The translations under genes and the position numbers were made by a program. A stretch of 64,000 nt of DNA from Phoronis australis (Eukaryota > Animalia > Phoronida), in NCBI GenBank assembly GCA_002633005.1, contig NMRA01000172.1, positions 297,205 to 361,204 of the forward strand, in the 5' to 3' direction. Below are positions 22,402 through 37,000 of the stretch, in pieces (within the stretch, counting starts at the first letter, position 1; each line of letters begins with the position of its first letter). The notes under the pieces are model-generated. The model saw only the letters and a program-made list of their open reading frames with translations. It had not been told where the DNA came from and searched no databases.

Positions 22402-24227
22402 GTACATCTCAATAACGAAAATAATGAACTATAACGTATACACTACACGTGACCTTCTTTAACAGACCAACCTCATGTTCACATTAGATAATGAATTTGA
22501 AGGACTCTGGTCTTGGCACATTGCAGCTTTTATTGCTACAAATATCAGTATCTCCGTTTGTTGGCTGCATATGAGTGGCTGTAAACTCTGTTCCCCCTGA
22601 CACTAGAAGCTTCCAAAGAGTGTCAGTATGAAAGTGCTTATTACTTTGACAAACCAACCACGGTTTGCTTGGCTGACCCACCCACATGCCTCTTTTTAAG
22701 CTCACACCTGTCAGGAAAGATTTGAATGTGTGATGGATCTATTTTTAATTTGCAAGCCGATTTCAATTTAGAAAAATGTTTAAGCGACAGTAGGAAATAC
22801 TTAGGTACATGTAGGGTATTCTAATTTTGACAGTCATTAATAACCTGCCTGTTTATCTGTAACGCATGTATTGACCTCGACTCATTTTACATTCAGGTGC
22901 TTTATTAACGTTGAAGTTATTTTTTACAGTGACATGTTTATTTTTAAAAATCAGTGAAAAACGTCGAAGAAGGAAAACAACTACCGCGAAGTTGAATAGA
23001 GTTAATAATGTTTACAGACGCACGAAACTTTTGCAGCCAACTTTCGCCAGTTGTGCGCGTCTTTTGAGTTCCCGTTCCATTTCTCTCTTGGGTGTCTGCT
23101 TCTGTCGCGTTGAACTAGACGTCTGCTAACTTCGGACCAACATATCTCGGAAATGGCTGCCCGATGTCATGTACTATATTTCATACATTGTTAGGTATTG
23201 TTTTCAAAATGTTTTACTTCTTCATAAGGAGTTATGATTTTTATGAAAAAAGTGAAATTTGCATACAGTGAAAACGATACGATCACGTGGAAATCTGTAA
23301 AAGTGTTATTGAAGTTTCATCTTAAAAACTGATATCAAACGAAATTTGACCATGATAATGTTACTGCTCCTTTGTTATACATGTACTTTTCACTTTCCCT
23401 AAATTTTACAAAATATACATGGTCGAGTGAAGCATTTAATGATAGCAGATTGATACAAAGTCGAAAAATAAAAATCTACTTTCAGAAAAAATATACTTTT
23501 ACCCAGTTAAAATTTGTACTTTTGTAGATATTTGCCCAAAAACGCTGACTTGTCGATAAGGCCCGTATGACCTGTCTGAAAGCATGTTAATCGTTTAAAA
23601 ATGCTTACGGTCATTGTCACTAGACGTACTTTAAGCTCCTTCTTACTTACCTACCTATCTTAGAAAACGTGTAAGCCAATAAAACTGTACATTTGCCAAT
23701 AGACATTTCATACCGCTCTTATTTTGTCAATTTAAATTGAGCATTTTTGTAAATATGGCACTGCGTTATACAACCAGTGTACAAGTACGTATACTTTCAA
23801 GCACGCACTTGGTGTTATTTGAACTGCACAAGTTATCAGCTAGCATAGTTGTCGCGCGAAGGAGGTGATAAGAGCTAAATAAGTTTTTCAATGCCATATG
23901 GTTGTAGCTTCGGCAATTAATCTCCCAAAATGTATCAGCAATTGATTGACCAGTGGGGCTATTGACTGGCGTGCCTGGTGTGGAAGGCGCTAACTTTGTT
24001 TCATTTCGCTACTCCAACGCGACGTGACATGTGACATTTTCACCTTACATTTCATTGTGAGTCACTCAACGTTTTTTGTCCGCACGTGTAGAACTACCAT
24101 TTTATCAGGAGTTTGATTGTAATCTAAACCAATGACGCACGTCTACCACGGTGAGTCGGAGAGTAGTGGAAATCAAGACGAAAATAATACTTGTCAGGAT
24201 TGTAGTAAAAAGAATGCCAAAGTAACC

Positions 24228-24570
24228 GATGGCGATGGACGATGTGGTGGCGGTGGTGCTTCTGGTGATGGTGCCGGTAGTGAAAACGATGACGCTGACG
24301 GCGGGGATGGCGGTGATGATGATGATGCTGACGGCGGGGATGACGGTGATGGTGACTATTTGGTGATGATAACAACGAAACTGATTTTGAGGATGAAGGA
24401 AATAGTGAAGATGGCGGGATGATGACCGCAGTGATGACGAGTATGATGACGGCCTTATTGATGGCACGACGGTGCTGTTGGTGATGAAGATGTGTAGCGA
24501 TGATGGTTACGATGTGGACAGAGAGTCATAATGGAAATTGCAACACTGACCACTGCGTTGATGATGGGGG
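24228..24570. repeat. Decayed GAT/GAC/GGY trinucleotide low-complexity tract
   Basis: gatgatgatgatgctgacggcggggatgacggtgat etc.; gives spurious Asp/Gly- and His/Arg-rich ORFs. Confidence 0.75.
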
Positions 24571-25620
24571 GAGCAATGATAGTGCCAAGTGCCGATTGTG
24601 CTGGCGATGCATTGAAAAGGGTGGTGTCGAAGACGCTGAAGGAAGACAAAACGACTTGACAGTCCTCATCTAAACGTCTTGGTAACAACGATGAAAAATG
24701 CGCTCTAGTTACTAACTGATGTCGGTGACGTCAGAGATCTCGTAACACTAAGTTACGCATGTACACAAATGTACGCTCGCACACAACTGACCTTGTAATC
24801 ATAAGTCAAAGTATTGGGAAGTGCATGACTTACTTTTGAAACTACCCACAATTCAGCTGGCTACTCTTGTCACTTTTTCGGATAAGTTGATAACTCAGAG
24901 CACTTCTTGATATGTCCTTTGAGAAGAGTTTCTCATGTTGCTATCTCAGTTGGTTTGTGAGTTTAATCAAATTTTGAATAGTTATTGAAAAGCGGATTGC
25001 ATTAGCACATTGTTCTTTCGGCAATGCCACAGTCAGGTAGCCTACATAAACATTTTCTAGATGCCCGTGTATAGTGGCATTGTTTGTGATTGAAAATGTC
25101 ATTCAGTTGATTTACTTTGCCAAAACTGATGTGAGAAATTCCAACAACCGCTTGAAAAATGCACTCTTCATTTTGAGTAGTGTGTTAAACACATTTTTTT
25201 CTTTTATTTTCACCAGTTTAGACTCTCATCAACTGAGAAATGTCACTGAAATAAAATTATTTGGTTAACCGTAGTCCTGCTTGTAATTACGTTTTTGTGC
25301 TGCCATATTTAGAAGTTCAGTATCGTTCAACTGAGATGGCTAATTTCTTGGTGCATCACCAGAAATTAAAAACGTATTTTGATAACCCCGTATTCAATTT
25401 TTTAAACATTTGATAACGCGTTGAAAGAACATCAATTGAGAATCAGTCTAAACCAGAGTGGCTTGCGGCCAATATAGTTAATTTAAAGAAGCTGAAAGAG
25501 ATAAACACTGGCGTCTCATTGACTCATGTAGTGAGGGTTGGCGAAATGATATCGCAACACTTGAAGTTATAGTTTTGTCTTTAATCCTCTTGAAAACCGT
25601 TCACAATGCGAGAACCAAAT

Positions 25621-25767
25621 GATACTAACCAATATCTTGGTGATACTAACCAATATCTTGGTGATACTAACCAATATCTTGGTGATACTAACCAATATCT
25701 TGGTGATACTAACCAATATCTTGGTGATACTAACCAATATCTTGGTGATACTAACCAATATCTTGGT
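25621..25767. repeat. Perfect 21-bp tandem repeat x7
   Basis: Unit gatactaaccaatatcttggt; degenerate partial units on both sides. Confidence 0.95.
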
Positions 25768-26089
25768 GATTTCAACCAATCCTTGTTCTGCCAACTGCTA
25801 ATGCATTATTGCCGTCAATTTTGGAAGATAAAATACGGAATCTGATGTCTCATACAGAAAACAATTCAATTTTACCAGCCGATTCGAAAATTTATTTAAG
25901 AGTGGTAATTGAACAACTGTATACTTTTTTAAAACGATATGTCAAGTATTTAAAGTTTCAGTGGGAAGAGCTTGGTAAGGAGATGAGTAACAAAACTTTT
26001 CCTGAGGGCAAGTTGTTTGAAACACTATTCCCACATGTAACCACGTACAATACAAATAAGCATGGTATTACCTTGTAACACGGACAATG

Positions 26090-27560
26090 AACACTGTGCC
26101 GTGCTCCCCAGGCGCCCCAAGTTTTTGCATTCTTAATCAATGATTTACCACAAGGTGCGAAGAAATGAAAACAATGCAATGTACGGTGACGACACTGCTC
26201 TTTTTACACCTCAAGTCTATGATGGGCCGTTGGGGGGAAAGTGTCGCCGGAAAAATACGAGCGTAATTGTGTACATTACGCCGTTATTTACGCCGTTAAT
26301 TACGCCGTAAAATTACGAGTGTAATTTAATTCTTTACGGCGTAAAATTACGCTTGTAATTTAGTTTAAACTCTTAGCCAATGACGTTGGGTTTTACAATC
26401 CACGATCGCGCGCGCTCATAAACATACTTATTTACTGACGGACTGTCTACGATACGAGCGCTGAATCATGGCGGATCAAATTGCTGCTACCATGTCAGCG
26501 ATTGTGCAAGAACGAGCTGCCCAGAAACAGTCGGATATGTTAGGTCATCACTGATTGGTTTAAACTTGGAACGTTCTTAAGGTATTTTACGAGCGTAATT
26601 TACGGCGACCATTTCCCCCATTTAATTTACGGGCGTAATTTTACTGCAACACTTTTGCAATTTAACTTACGCTCGTAATTTCGAGCGTAATTTTACGGCG
26701 AAACTTTTCCCCATTTAATTTACGAGCGTAATTGTACGGCGACACTCCTGCAATTTAATTTACGCTCGTAATTACGAGCGTAATTTTACGGCGACACTTT
26801 CCCCTCAACGGCCCACCATACAAGTCGAAGGCCGTCGGCGACCTTCAATCTAGTGCGCGGTTTGAGGGACACTGGAATGTTAGCCGTTGACTCTCCCCTA
26901 ACAAACTCTCCTTGAATATAACAAAAACAAAATCAGTGACAATTTAATCTCGCCAAATACAAACCAAAGATAGGGAAGATAGGGTATTGTTTCAATTCCA
27001 AGGAAAAACTATTTGAAATGTTTAAAAAGCGTGTACCAGTACCTGGGTGTTTGGAAAGACGAAATCTTGACATGGGAGCAACGGATATTGATGGCATGTG
27101 AAAGACATTGTCTAAAAGGTATTGGTATTTTCAAAGAAATTAAAAATTTTGTAGACTTGAGGTCAAGTCTTTCAAACCCTTCTATAATGGATTAATACTT
27201 GTTTTGACTGTTGTGATAAAGTCTGAGACGACTCAACAAAACGCTCTCATTTACATGTAGACTCTAAATCCTACCTAACAACTGACAGTTATTTCATGAA
27301 GGGACTACCGGAGTCTTTAAAACGCGCATTTTACTGACATTCTGGCGTCACTGGATTGGACGATGCTCGATGAACGTAAAACATTCCCCGTTGATTCGGC
27401 ACTCCACATCCGGCCAGCATATCTCCAAAATAGTTTCACTGCAGTAAATAACATACATATGCAACGAGAAAGTGTCAGTTGTTTCCCGGTTGTTTCCCAA
27501 ATCCCTGTCATCAATGGACCAACTAAAATGTGCATACCGTAGAACCACTCACAGCAAACT
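26090..27560 (+). mobile_element. Fossil non-LTR retrotransposon (CR1/L2-like RT and C-terminal region), interrupted by a MITE
   Basis: Decayed peptides FLINDLPQ (~26130), MYGDDTALF (~26179, RT YADD motif), NKLSLNITKTK (~26900), YQYLGVWKDEILTWEQRI...GIGIFKEIKNFV (27034-27155); frameshifts and stops; ends approximate. Confidence 0.8.
26218..26820. mobile_element. 603-bp non-autonomous DNA transposon, IS3EU-like
   Basis: TIR tatg(a/g)tgggccgttg(g/a)ggggaaagtgtcgccg; 6-bp TSD caagtc at 26212-26217 and 26821-26826; many internal aattacgagcgtaatt palindromic subrepeats. Confidence 0.85.
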
Positions 27561-27666
27561 TACCGATTCATATTTACTTACAATCTTATTTAATTTGCAA
27601 AATGCGAACTTGTGACGAGGAGGAGACAACTTATCGATATAAAAATGTCCTTAGAGTGTCCTTACA

Positions 27667-27812
27667 TATAAATAAGTGGCGTTCCTGGGTTTGGAAAGAA
27701 ACAAGCGGTCGTGACAAGCCAACTTGTTGAACGTGGTAGCAACCAATAAGGACTTGTCCGTTCGTGACGTGCCAACTTGTTGAACGTGGCATCAACCAAT
27801 AAGGACTTGTCC
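27667..27812 (+). promoter_or_regulatory. Possible proximal regulatory region of paralog B: TATAAATA plus a 53-bp duplication carrying two CCAAT motifs
   Basis: tataaata at 27667; gccaacttgttgaacgtgg...caaccaataaggacttgtcc twice (27711-27763, 27764-27812). A good acceptor at 27990 suggests the true start may lie further upstream. Confidence 0.3.
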
Positions 27813-28001
27813 ATTGTTTTTAAGCCCAGAAATCGCCTCGAATTTTTGCGAAGAACATAAGGATCAGTCAAATTTCTTAACTGTCAGAGTTCTAAATAAA
27901 AACCTGTATTTTAGACGACCTTTGCTTTGGGTTTATAGATGTAGCAGTTTTCTATTGGAGCTTTTGCACTTTGTTCATGTTTCTTTGCAGTGTATCACGT
28001 G

Positions 28002-28090
28002 ATGAAAGTGGTGTGGTTCGCGTGTACTTTGACCTTCTTATGGTTGGAGGTCGGCGGTCAGCAGACATGGGAGAGACTTGAACCTTTGCC
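28002..28090 (+). CDS. B exon 1, signal peptide (MKVVWFACTLTFLWLEVGGQQTWERLEPLP)
   Basis: ATG 28002, hydrophobic core, phase-2 donor gtgagt fits the next exon. Confidence 0.85.
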
Positions 28091-31000
28091 GTGAGTAACT
28101 AAAAATATCGCATTTCATTTATTGCGTCACAATGACGCCATACGTCACCACTGTCGCTTTAACTGATTAAACATATTGTATCAAAATGTACTTTTACCGG
28201 ATGTAAAGGTATTCTGTTGAAATGTGATCATTATGTTGTAAAACACGAGGAGTCATCCTAGTGGACAATGTTGTTCTATCTGAAATAACTTGCCAAATAG
28301 TTGGTGTAGTACAAGAGGAGGACTAGTCTGCACTCTAACCAAATTTAACGACCGATCTAAAATTTCCACGTATCTGAATTTTAGTGATTTTTTATTTTTT
28401 ACATTTTTTCAGTGTCACATCCGTTTGAAATATTTGTTTTGGGTGAACTCACATAATTACTCTTTATTTTTTATTAAAGAAATGTTCATCTAACAGCAAA
28501 GTGAAACATAAAAACTAATAGGATTGTATTGTGTATAGACAGCCAACTCATACTCACAACACTTTGTCATGTTTTTTTAATTTAAGGAATATCAAAAGGT
28601 TCACGCAGCAGGATGTCGCTTTATGCTGTCTGCCCTTCATACTTTAACACCATTTGTGTAACAGTTTCGTCGATTTTCAGAACATATTTGCTTGCCGCAC
28701 CTCGAAAGGTTCGACCTAATCAAGTCATCGCCATGAGCGCTACTGTGCTGAGACTAGAGTTTAACAGACTCAACTTTAGAGTTCTTATAAAACGAGATGA
28801 CACGGAGATCTGCAGCGTTTTCGAGACATTTGATGCACCGGGCACGAAAATGCTTCAAATGCAGGTATCTTAATCTTAGGTTTGGTGGGTGTTTTGCTCG
28901 CAACAAAAACCCAACACAATTTCAGTGACTACATGTTTCTGCAGTACGATAAAGTGGATATGTAATGATATTTGTCTAGAGATACAAAAGATCAAAACAT
29001 CAAATTAGAACATAGATATCTCTCATGGGAAGTATAACGTTTCAATGAAAACTTAAAAAATTGCACGGAAATTACAAGTACTAAGCGTGACATCTAAAGG
29101 TCATGCGTGGAATTAAGCGATAAAAGCTAGCGACACGAATCATATTATTTTATTTCATTTCATCAGTGTATGTTCACATTTGTTGACAATAGCATTCTTG
29201 AGTGACATGTGCCAGAGATTACCTATAAAAAATACCCTGTTTAACGGTGTACGTGATTCAATGAATCAATATACATAGCTCCGTTTCCCGCCGACAGAAC
29301 ACCAGCAGCTTGGTGCTTGACAAAAGGCATCCATTTTCTCGCACGGCATTGTGCAGTACCATTTGTTTAGAGTAAACGAATATTTGTGAACTTATGCTTC
29401 AAGCTAAGTCACTAATTATTTATGCTAACTAATAATCATTTATATATAAAACATCTCCTTCAAATACAGACGGAAATCTAGAATGGATTGTTTTACAAAT
29501 TATTGATGCCATTTCTAATCAAGCATCATGGTTTACAAACAATGGACAAGATATCCAACAGCACTACGCGCTTACTGTTTGACATTACTTTCGCTCGACC
29601 ATTCCTGATTCAGATGAGATTCACTTTTAATTATTCGAAGATGGCAGCCAGTAGAATGTTTACTTTTTCTGAAAAACCAAACACACGTAGTGTGTCTCAG
29701 AATGTACAATGTGTATTTTTAAAATATCGCCACTAAGAAAAACTGCGAAGCAATCGGTGATATTTTGCAGATGCCCGAGAATTCAGTGATGGCAAACTAC
29801 ACACTGAGAGTGGAGGGAACCTCCGACAGCGGCTACGGAGGATACCTCTTTGAAAACGAGACAGCTTTAGAGTACGACTCCAAGCAGATCTCCTTATTCA
29901 TACAGACTAGTAAACCCCTCTATATGCAGGGCCAGACAGGTGAGGCAATTGATCTCAGAAAACTCCTTGAACTAAGCAGTGTATGAATAAGCGTATTTTC
30001 TGCAGATTTTTGAACAGAGAGAGAAGCTTCCGCTAAATTATGTAGTTAGGGGAACAACCAGCAGTATTTTTCACGAACTCTGTCCTCCGTTATTAAGTCA
30101 TCGTCCATGGCTGGCTCAACATCCTACTGTACACTTCTCACAGACTGAGCCAACCATTGTGTGGTCACTTCATTCATCTTTTATTATTTCCGCAAAACGC
30201 CATCTGTTGTCACATCGGTGAGGTGATGGTAACGATATTTATTTTTATTTAAATTTCAGTTGATCAGTAGCTATAGTTGAAATAATAGTCTGCCTTCCGT
30301 GTGAAACGATAAACAACATTGATTACTCGCTAAAGCAAACTCATTCACTTATGACGCGACGTTTTAACGTTTAATTAATTATAGAGATTGAATATGCCCA
30401 TGTGAATATTTGTTACACTATTTTTATGAAGACTTGTGCTGGTATGAAAAACTGCTTATGAGAACTGTAAGCTACAATATGCATTATCTCTTCCAGTTCG
30501 CTTCAGGGTAATTCCAGTGAAGAACGATCTTTTATCGTCGCACACTAAAATGGACATCTATGTATATGTAAGTAAAAACAAGTTCACAAAACGTCGTTTC
30601 TGATTTTTCTATTCTAATACAGGTGCATTCTCAACACGGTTGTTACCCACAGTTGCTTTGTCATGCGCAGACTGTGTAGTGGATCAATTATCAATTTCCC
30701 ATAGTCTTTCTGAGGTAATGAGTTGATAAGACATGTTCCGGAAATTTTTATCTGTTTTTGCCTGTCTGCATCGAATCTGCTCGACGAAATTTTGGTTAAT
30801 TAATGCTCTGATCTTCGCGGTTTTTTATTTTTGAAGATTCGAATGCTTCGTGGAATATTTTTCCCGCGATCTTCACTTCTTCCATTTCCCTGCATTACCT
30901 CCGAAGAACGGTTCAAGAGTACGATTGATATGACGTCACTTTCGCTATTCGTCATTATTACTTTGGTGTTCGGATGATGACCAGTGAGATAAATATAAAT

Positions 31001-34000
31001 ATATGTAGCTCACTGATGATGACCAAGATGGATGTTGGGTTCAAAAGAATAAAATTTAGAATTGATACTCTTATAATTCGAATACAAGTTTCTTGGCGCA
31101 TTGTATTAATTCACTGTTATTTAGGACGCAGACCGTTGTCTATGTCTACGGTTTGAAATAAATGTATTACGTAGTCCTAATGCTCCCTAAAATCGCTGAC
31201 GTCACTTCCTCATGCAGATGTAAACTGTTTCGGTAGCAATGGACTTAAATAGAACAACCATTGCGTAAAAGCACAGCAAATGCACAAAATAGTCCACTTT
31301 TCTGTTTTAGGATGGCAAAGGTTTGATGGTGAAACGATGGCAAAATCAACAAACATTATCAGGTAAGATGAAGAGCTATACGATAATGACACGCCACACT
31401 ATACTATGTAATATTAAACCAATGTACTGGTCTCAAACTTTGTACACTGGTTATAGAAAAGACGTTTATAGGCATATTCATATTATTTCGAGTTCGCTGC
31501 AAATTTTGGATATTTGGATTCTAAACTACTTAGAAGGTAATTTCCTCTTTCATTTTACCATTTTTCTTCAACGCAAATACTGAAACAATCTTGTATGGCA
31601 TGCTAAATTATTTTGTAGACAATTTCCAAAATTTTGGTATACTGCTCAATATAACTCATTGATGTGAAAACTAAACATCTAAAAATGATAGACAACTTCA
31701 CATGGGCGGCGAAGCACTGGAAAAAGTGGGGGCTGAAGCCCCCTCAGCCCCCCCCGTGGTTCACCGCCTTTTGACCATGTGCGGCGTAGCACTAAAAAAG
31801 TGTGGGTGTGCTATATCCCACGGCCCCCTGTGGTGCGCCGCCCATGTTTCAATCAAAAGTTGAAACATACACGCAATTCTTGCAGTATATCCACCAAGGC
31901 GAGGCTGTTTGAGCAGATTCGATGCTTGTTTTCACACATTTCAGTTTTCCACCGCGCCATCTAGTGAGTCTTAGAAAGCTCCATCTTTTAAAAGCAATTG
32001 GCTGTTAACACGACGGAAGCCCAATGAGGCGTAGCCAAAACCAAAGGTTCGAAGGATACGGCGTTCCTTAAAAGCGGTCACTTAATGCAGTTCTGCGTTT
32101 GTCAGTTCGGTGTCGCATTTACGGCGATTCTGCTGTCATGTGAACATGCTTTACTCTGCTAACAGTTTCCCCATGAGAACGTAAATTAAAGCAAGTTACT
32201 TTTCACAAGCAAGTATTCTAGTCTAACTAACCTCTGTATTTACCGAATATTTATTTCTATGAAGTGTTATGTTTTTTTTGCAGGCATAATCGACAAAGAA
32301 ATTGAAATCGCTAACTATAATTCCATCTCGTATGGAGAGTGGACTATTAGCGTGATAGCCTTTGTAAGTTGGAGCTTATGTGTGCAAATATTTATAACCA
32401 AGATGACATAGCAATATAATGTCACCATTGGTTTTAGCCGGTTTTTTCACTGACAGAAGCATTCGTATAGTTGACTGTGTGTGTGGGAAAACGTCCCTTC
32501 TAATAGAGGACTCAGTTGCAAACTGCATTTTCGTCAATTCCGAACTGGCGGACATGTATGCATGCCGTCCAAGGAATGCAAGACCGTGAATAATACATCA
32601 CAAATTCTGCTTTGACGTGTGCATTCCATTTGCCAGTAAAATAGCCTCGGTAACAAATATTTTCACTTTCGACGAAAAATCCCGATTATTTGTTATATTC
32701 CAATTATGTGGTGAGACTAAAGTCGTTGTATGGGTCACACAGTCAGCAAAGGGGATATTTTACACCGTTCAGCTCGGAGGCTATTTAAATTCTCAAAAGT
32801 CATTAACATCTTCCTGCTGTAGCTTATTCACGGACGAATCACGTGATTATTCCAGAAAATGTCACTCTTTAAAGATGCCGCATCCTCTTGTGCTAAGTCG
32901 TGCGGCTGTTGATCATCGTTGCCTTTGTGTGACCAACAAACAAACAAATATGCATTTTATGTCATGTTTTGTTTTCCAGGAGCACACCTATGATAAGAAG
33001 TTTGTTGTGACGGAATTCTGTAAGTAGACCCTATACCTTGCCATACGTATGTTTGTTGTGCCCTTAAATTTTGTTGATGGACGAACTCTAGTGTTCCAAA
33101 ACCAGAATAGAACACAAAAACTCACGAAAAATATCTTTCAAACAATTCCAACAAACTTACCGTTTCGTAATGTCTACGATCACTTTCATCTGTAAGGAAA
33201 TTCCAAGAGAAAAATAATCATCAAGTTTGTCAATTATAAACATGGACGTAAATTCAAACTTTCCTTCCATGAACCATATATACGCGCATGCGCTCATATC
33301 AATATACAATAATAACAAAGATAACAATCTACTATAGCTAAACACAGTGAGAAGAGTGAATGTACAGCAGAGGAAGTGACGGGACTTCCGCTAAAATTCT
33401 AGGAGTGAAAGATTGAGTGAACAGATATACTCCGTGAAGATTGAACAAGAGACTGGTTTATTGGCTGCAAAGCACGATCGCTGAGAGTGCCCAGAATGAA
33501 CTAAATGCTAGACGTGTCACGGTCGGCTGCGAGTTCCGACTTCTCCAACTGTCCCTATATTTTCAACAACCTTAAGGTCAATAACAGGGGTCAAGATGGC
33601 TTATTTCCAGATACGGAAAGCCCGCATTGCATATTGGTACAGAACCGACGAAGTGACAAGTGTTTGGTAGATCGTTTTTAAAATTTTGATTCGAACTGAG
33701 ATAAAATACTTCAAACTGCATGGAAATTCCAAATTTTTGTGAAAACGTCTTAGAAGAAACTTTTTGATATACTGACATCAAATTAAATGTAACAAAAATA
33801 ATTACGTTTTGGGACTATATCAGACCATTGCATTTTCCCATGGCCTAATTATATCTCTCTAAACCGAAAAAAGAGTTCCGTAGAATTAGTTTCTTGAGAG
33901 AAAAGCAAGATCTCGCAAAATTTTCCGCGACTTTGTTCGGGAGGTTGCTAGTTTAGCAAAGTGGCGGCCACTGAAGTGATGTAGTGGTGAGCTTGGGATT

Positions 34001-37000
34001 GTTCGCCTGGATTGCTGGATTGAATTGACTGTTTCCGTTCCATATGTGTAAATATTTGCCGCAACTGCAAGCTCATGACTTTTGGTTTACGGAACTCATC
34101 TCTTGGGCTGATTATGCATTTGTATTTCGTCTATTTCAGATCACAACGAGTTCTATATCAACGTGAGCACAGTCCCCTACATGATGGCCGACGGATTCGG
34201 CTTGTCCGGAGTTGTCTCCGCAAAGTAAGTACAGCGTAACATTTACGCTGTTCTTTTGTTGTTTCTGAGAGGACCAATTGCATTTGTTATCAAAGGTTTT
34301 CGTTTTGCAGTTCTAATTTTAAGCACACTATGGAATTTTTCACTTGTAAGCTAAACATGTGCATGGTTTTAAAAAATATACATTTTCCTCATTGAAGGCA
34401 GTTTTATCCATTGTTATCGGTAGATATTCACTTCTAAATTTCGTGGAGTTCTGTACGAACATTTGCGTGGTTACTAAAATGAGCGATAACGTGGATCTGC
34501 AAGGTAGACCTGTGTGAAAATTGAGCTGGTTATTGTCAGGGCACCTAGCACCTCTTTTCCATGAAGGGGAAGCCAAACTGGTACTGATTGTCTGAATTGG
34601 CTACAGACTGTAATGCCCATGCGCAAATACTTGCTTGTATTTTGTAACAAAAATGACCATGCCTGATGAGGGGTTGTTGTTGGACTAAGATTCGCATTCG
34701 TGAGTTGGGCGGCGTTCCGCAGAGCCAATACAAACGCTAGTGGGATCACGCGCTTTGCTTTTAATGCATGGCGTTACCTCGCAAACCCTTTCGTGAGCTT
34801 CCTGCGTCCGCGAAACGCATACCGGTTCAAGTTTGTCTGTGGCGGTAATGAGGTGGCCCCGCATCACGCACAAGTAGCTTACCCGCATAAAAGGTGTTGA
34901 AACTCGCAAAAAACAGTAACTTCTCGCGAGGTACACAGAAATGGGTACCATGCATGCATGCTTTACTTGACTCGCGTGTGACTCGTTTTACGGAAGTGAC
35001 TCAGCAACAGGCAGTAGTCTAACTTATCTTTTTCTGTTCACAGAGAAATGTGGGGGAATGAGTACTTTTAATGAGATTCAGATCATTTTCTGAAGGAAAT
35101 TGGAAATGTCTATGGTTCAGAAGTAAATTTTATTATCTGTCAAGACACATGTGCGTATGTTGAAAACAAGAATTCAGGCTCCAGGACACCCTTTCAAGCA
35201 GATTGCAACGTTATCACTCCGCTTGTTCACCCTGTTATTTTCATGACTGTGTTCTTGTTACTGTTTCAGTCACTCAACAGGGTACGCTGTGAGGGGCAAT
35301 GCGTCAATAACTCTGACGATACTGGATCCAACCAAACCCAACGCTGATGACAACCCTACTATCAAGAGAATCGTCCCCTCCGTAAGGACTAGTTCCAAAT
35401 CCTTTTGCTCAGCTGTGCTACTTATTGTAAACTTGTCACAGTTATTCTTCCTTTTAGGTATGTCTTTTTACGGGTGTTATTTTGTGTTCTCTTCGCCCAA
35501 TTCACCTGTCAGAATTTTCGAGGTTGATTTTTTTTATTATCGCCTGCGTTGTCATCGTCAAAAGCTGTGTTGACAGCGGAGGCAATAAAGATGTTGCCCT
35601 GTGCAACCACTAGGTGGGGCTGCGGATGATATCCCCATGACACCAAACCCTTATAAGAGAAGCCAAACAATTTATTCTGAAATCTGTGACATTTCATGAG
35701 ACCGCATACACAATGAGGTAGCCTGTTGTGTGAAGGTACACATTTCAAATTTAAAGATCACAAAATCTCAAAATATGTTACAATCTTGCAACTGTAGCAT
35801 CAAATCAACATGCCAGTGGTACGTTGTGTTAATAAGTGCGACTATTGAAACCGGTTTTATGTGGTATAAATGAGCTCGACGAAATTTAATTCTAAACATG
35901 GTTTTAAATCAATAAAGGAACCCATTGATAAAATATGGAAGCACTTAAAAACTTTCAAAGAAGAACGGTCGTGTGTAGTTCTTGTGGTTTTAAAACAGCT
36001 CCTTATTAATTAATTAAACCAGTTTAATGGCTTTCCTTGTACATACACGGGCACTGATTGGAGAATAAGAATCCATAGGAAAACCCATCAGTTGGTTATT
36101 GGAATCAACAATCGTATGTCTTATGCTCAGTAGCATTTACGTCATAAGAGGTTAGAATGGCCAACTTGAAGGTTGGCACATTCCGTAGAACGTAAGAAAG
36201 ACTGAGGCAACGGACGCAACTTGATAGTACAACTTAGGTAAATATGACAGGGGAGATAACAGGCACTTTGTCTAAGACTCCAATAATCCACGTGTGCTGA
36301 CTTACCTGCAAATAATCTGTATAAATATAAAAATAAAAACCCAATTAATAGGTGTAAGTAAGATGTGTGGATTTTTGACTTTAAATTATTTTGACACATC
36401 GCCATAAGTCTGCACAGTCGCACCCACGTGCGGAAATGAAGCGGTTTGTTTAGTGCGGCTTGCATGAATGCCCAAAAGACAAATAATGCCGTTTTGCCCA
36501 GTTATTCAAGTTCAGATTCTATCTTTAAATATTTTCTTTATAGTTCGATGGTCGAACAGATTTCCTGTTCACGAGACAGGAAATGGAAGCTCAAAGTGGC
36601 GGGAATCTAGCCGGCAAACGCCTCCACGTGGAGGCGAAGGTACTGGACTACTTCCGGGAGGTCAGTGATTCCGCTTGGCAGATTGCTGAAGTATACAGCG
36701 AGGAAATTGTTCTCAAATGGATGGGTGACCACGTGCGCTCGTTCAAGCCCGGGATGCCTTTTAAAGCCTATGTGAGTTTATGCTCTTGTCAAAGTCAAAC
36801 TTCCAAAACATGATACTAGGTCTTTTCAGGCGGGCCGGTGGCCTGCATAAAACCTTTGTGTTTCGAATTTTTAAACATAATATCTTTCTTTGTAATTATT
36901 TACGTGCGAACAGTACTGACATGCCTTCGGAAACTGCTCGTCAATAATGTTTAAAAAAATACAAGAAACTCATTGAGAGAGCAAAGCCTTATCCTTATGG

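Noticed and set aside
24105-24688. Asp/Gly-rich and His/Arg-rich ORFs
   Set aside because: Explained by a decayed trinucleotide tract open in several frames; no splice structure.
25567-25845. Heptapeptide-repeat ORFs (DTNQYLG, ILVSITK and others)
   Set aside because: Translations of a perfect 21-bp repeat with no synonymous variation.
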